NCBI RefSeq assembly: GCF_000143415.4
Contig: NW_003314319.1
Coordinates: forward strand, 710,365-774,364
From: Selaginella moellendorffii
Taxonomy: Eukaryota; Plantae; Lycopodiophyta
Direction: 5' to 3'
Length of the DNA stretch: 64,000 nt
Shown here: piece by piece, positions 63,031 through 64,000 of the stretch
Layout of the letters: each line of letters opens with the position of its first letter
Numbering within the stretch: position 1 is the stretch's first letter
Made by a program: the position numbers and the translations under genes
Notes under the pieces: model-generated
The model's database searches: none
What the model saw: the letters and a program-made list of their open reading frames with translations, nothing else
Told to the model about the DNA's origin: nothing

Positions 63031-64000
63031 CATAGTTGCAGCTAGACGTGCAAACGTTACAACGTGTTGACGTTTAAATGCCGTTTAAAACGTTTTTTTC
63101 AGGACAATCCAACGTTTACATATTAAAGCCTAAAATGATTAAGAAAACATTAATATGATATTAAGTTTATAAAACCTAACCGAATAACATACTAAAACAA
63201 ATGAAAGAAGAAGCCGTTTTAGTCGTCTTCCGATTCCAAATCATCTTCCATTCCTTCATCGATGCTAAACTCCTCAGCAGCCTGATTTGGTTCCTCAAAA
63301 ACTTATTGCAGATCCAAAATCCTCTTCCAATGAGGCTCCAACTCCAGCTTGTCTATATCAATCTCTAGCATCCTCAAACCTTCACTCTCCAGCTTCTGAG
63401 CAACCCGCAAGTTTGTGTGAATGTAAACCAGCTTCTCAGCATTTGTGGGAAGCAAGCGGGACCTGTGCTTTGTTTGTATCAAGCTCCATGAGCTCAATTC
63501 CTCTCGCATGGAGAAGTGCAAACAACCTAGCTTAAAATCCAGAGAGCCATGCGACGTAGATCAGGCATCTCTAAACCAAAAGAACTCCACTAGGTTACTA
63601 GAAACTTTCTAGTCTCCCGATCTTTGGCAACAGGTAACTTTATTTGCCGTCCAAGCTATTGCTGAAACCTCTCAAACTGTGCCTGCAATCTCAGCTGCAA
63701 GTCCAGATCACCTCCACTATAAATATGCATGTACTCCAGCCAGTTCCCGCGTGCCTCATTGTCCAGCTTGTCGTTCTCTGGGTTATCCCCCAGAAACAGA
63801 GGATGAAGAGCAAAAGCAGCTCCATGAATGACGTTGTGCATTTGATACCACCTTGCCTCCTTCAGACCATGTGATTCAAGTAGGAAATCCTTGATTTGTC
63901 CCACTTCCTCATGTGCATAAATTCTGTTTCGAGCTCCCTATCTTCTCGATCAGCCGATCAACAACTTTAAAGATGAGGCTTGAAGTCACCTCCTCCCGAT
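63031..64000 (-). mobile_element. hAT (Ac-like) DNA transposon, 3' end; continues beyond the window
   Basis: Contains the hAT dimerisation-like 'SWSLIQTKHRSRLLPTNAEKLVYIHTNLR' and 'IHGAAFALHP'. The terminus CATAGTT at 63031 has clustered AACG/CGTT subterminal motifs. The paralogous site at about 38416 continues without the element. Confidence 0.8.

Overview
Gene-dense, eukaryotic, early-diverging land-plant DNA with many short GT-AG introns (about 50-90 bp); the style suggests the lycophyte Selaginella, which is an inference. The left third (1-25.3 kb) holds mostly housekeeping genes: the 5' part of a BIG-type Sec7 ARF-GEF, a cationic amino-acid transporter, SRRM1/SRm160, an Enhancer-of-Polycomb-like gene, a CTD/NIF phosphatase, RPA49, a Zn/Cd P1B-ATPase and MAP65. 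It also contains a degenerate P-loop NTPase + PD-(D/E)xK-like nuclease gene (Crinkler/STAND-like architecture). From about 16.7 kb to the end, the block [RPA49 - HMA ATPase - MAP65 - NLR - four-domain voltage-gated Ca2+-type channel] occurs three times in tandem: copy A about 16.7-38.4 kb, copy B about 38.7-51.9 kb (no HMA remnant left) and copy C about 52.1-63.0 kb. Copies B and C are broken by deletions. The single intact NLR (28983-32252) carries an internally duplicated N-terminal helical (CC/RPW8-like) domain, and the three NLR copies differ mainly at exposed LRR positions. All three channel copies are pseudogenes but retain recognisable pore loops (E/E/E/D in copy A) and an IQ motif. Mobile DNA comprises a 2.7-kb hAT element with TIRs, an 8-bp TSD and an empty paralogous site, a second hAT at the right edge, a TRIM-like LTR element and a MULE-like fragment. 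A 7.5-kb insertion carrying thaumatin-like and ATS3/PLAT-like secreted-protein genes splits NLR copy B. No rRNA, tRNA or CRISPR features were recognised. Family assignments come from motif recognition, not database searches.
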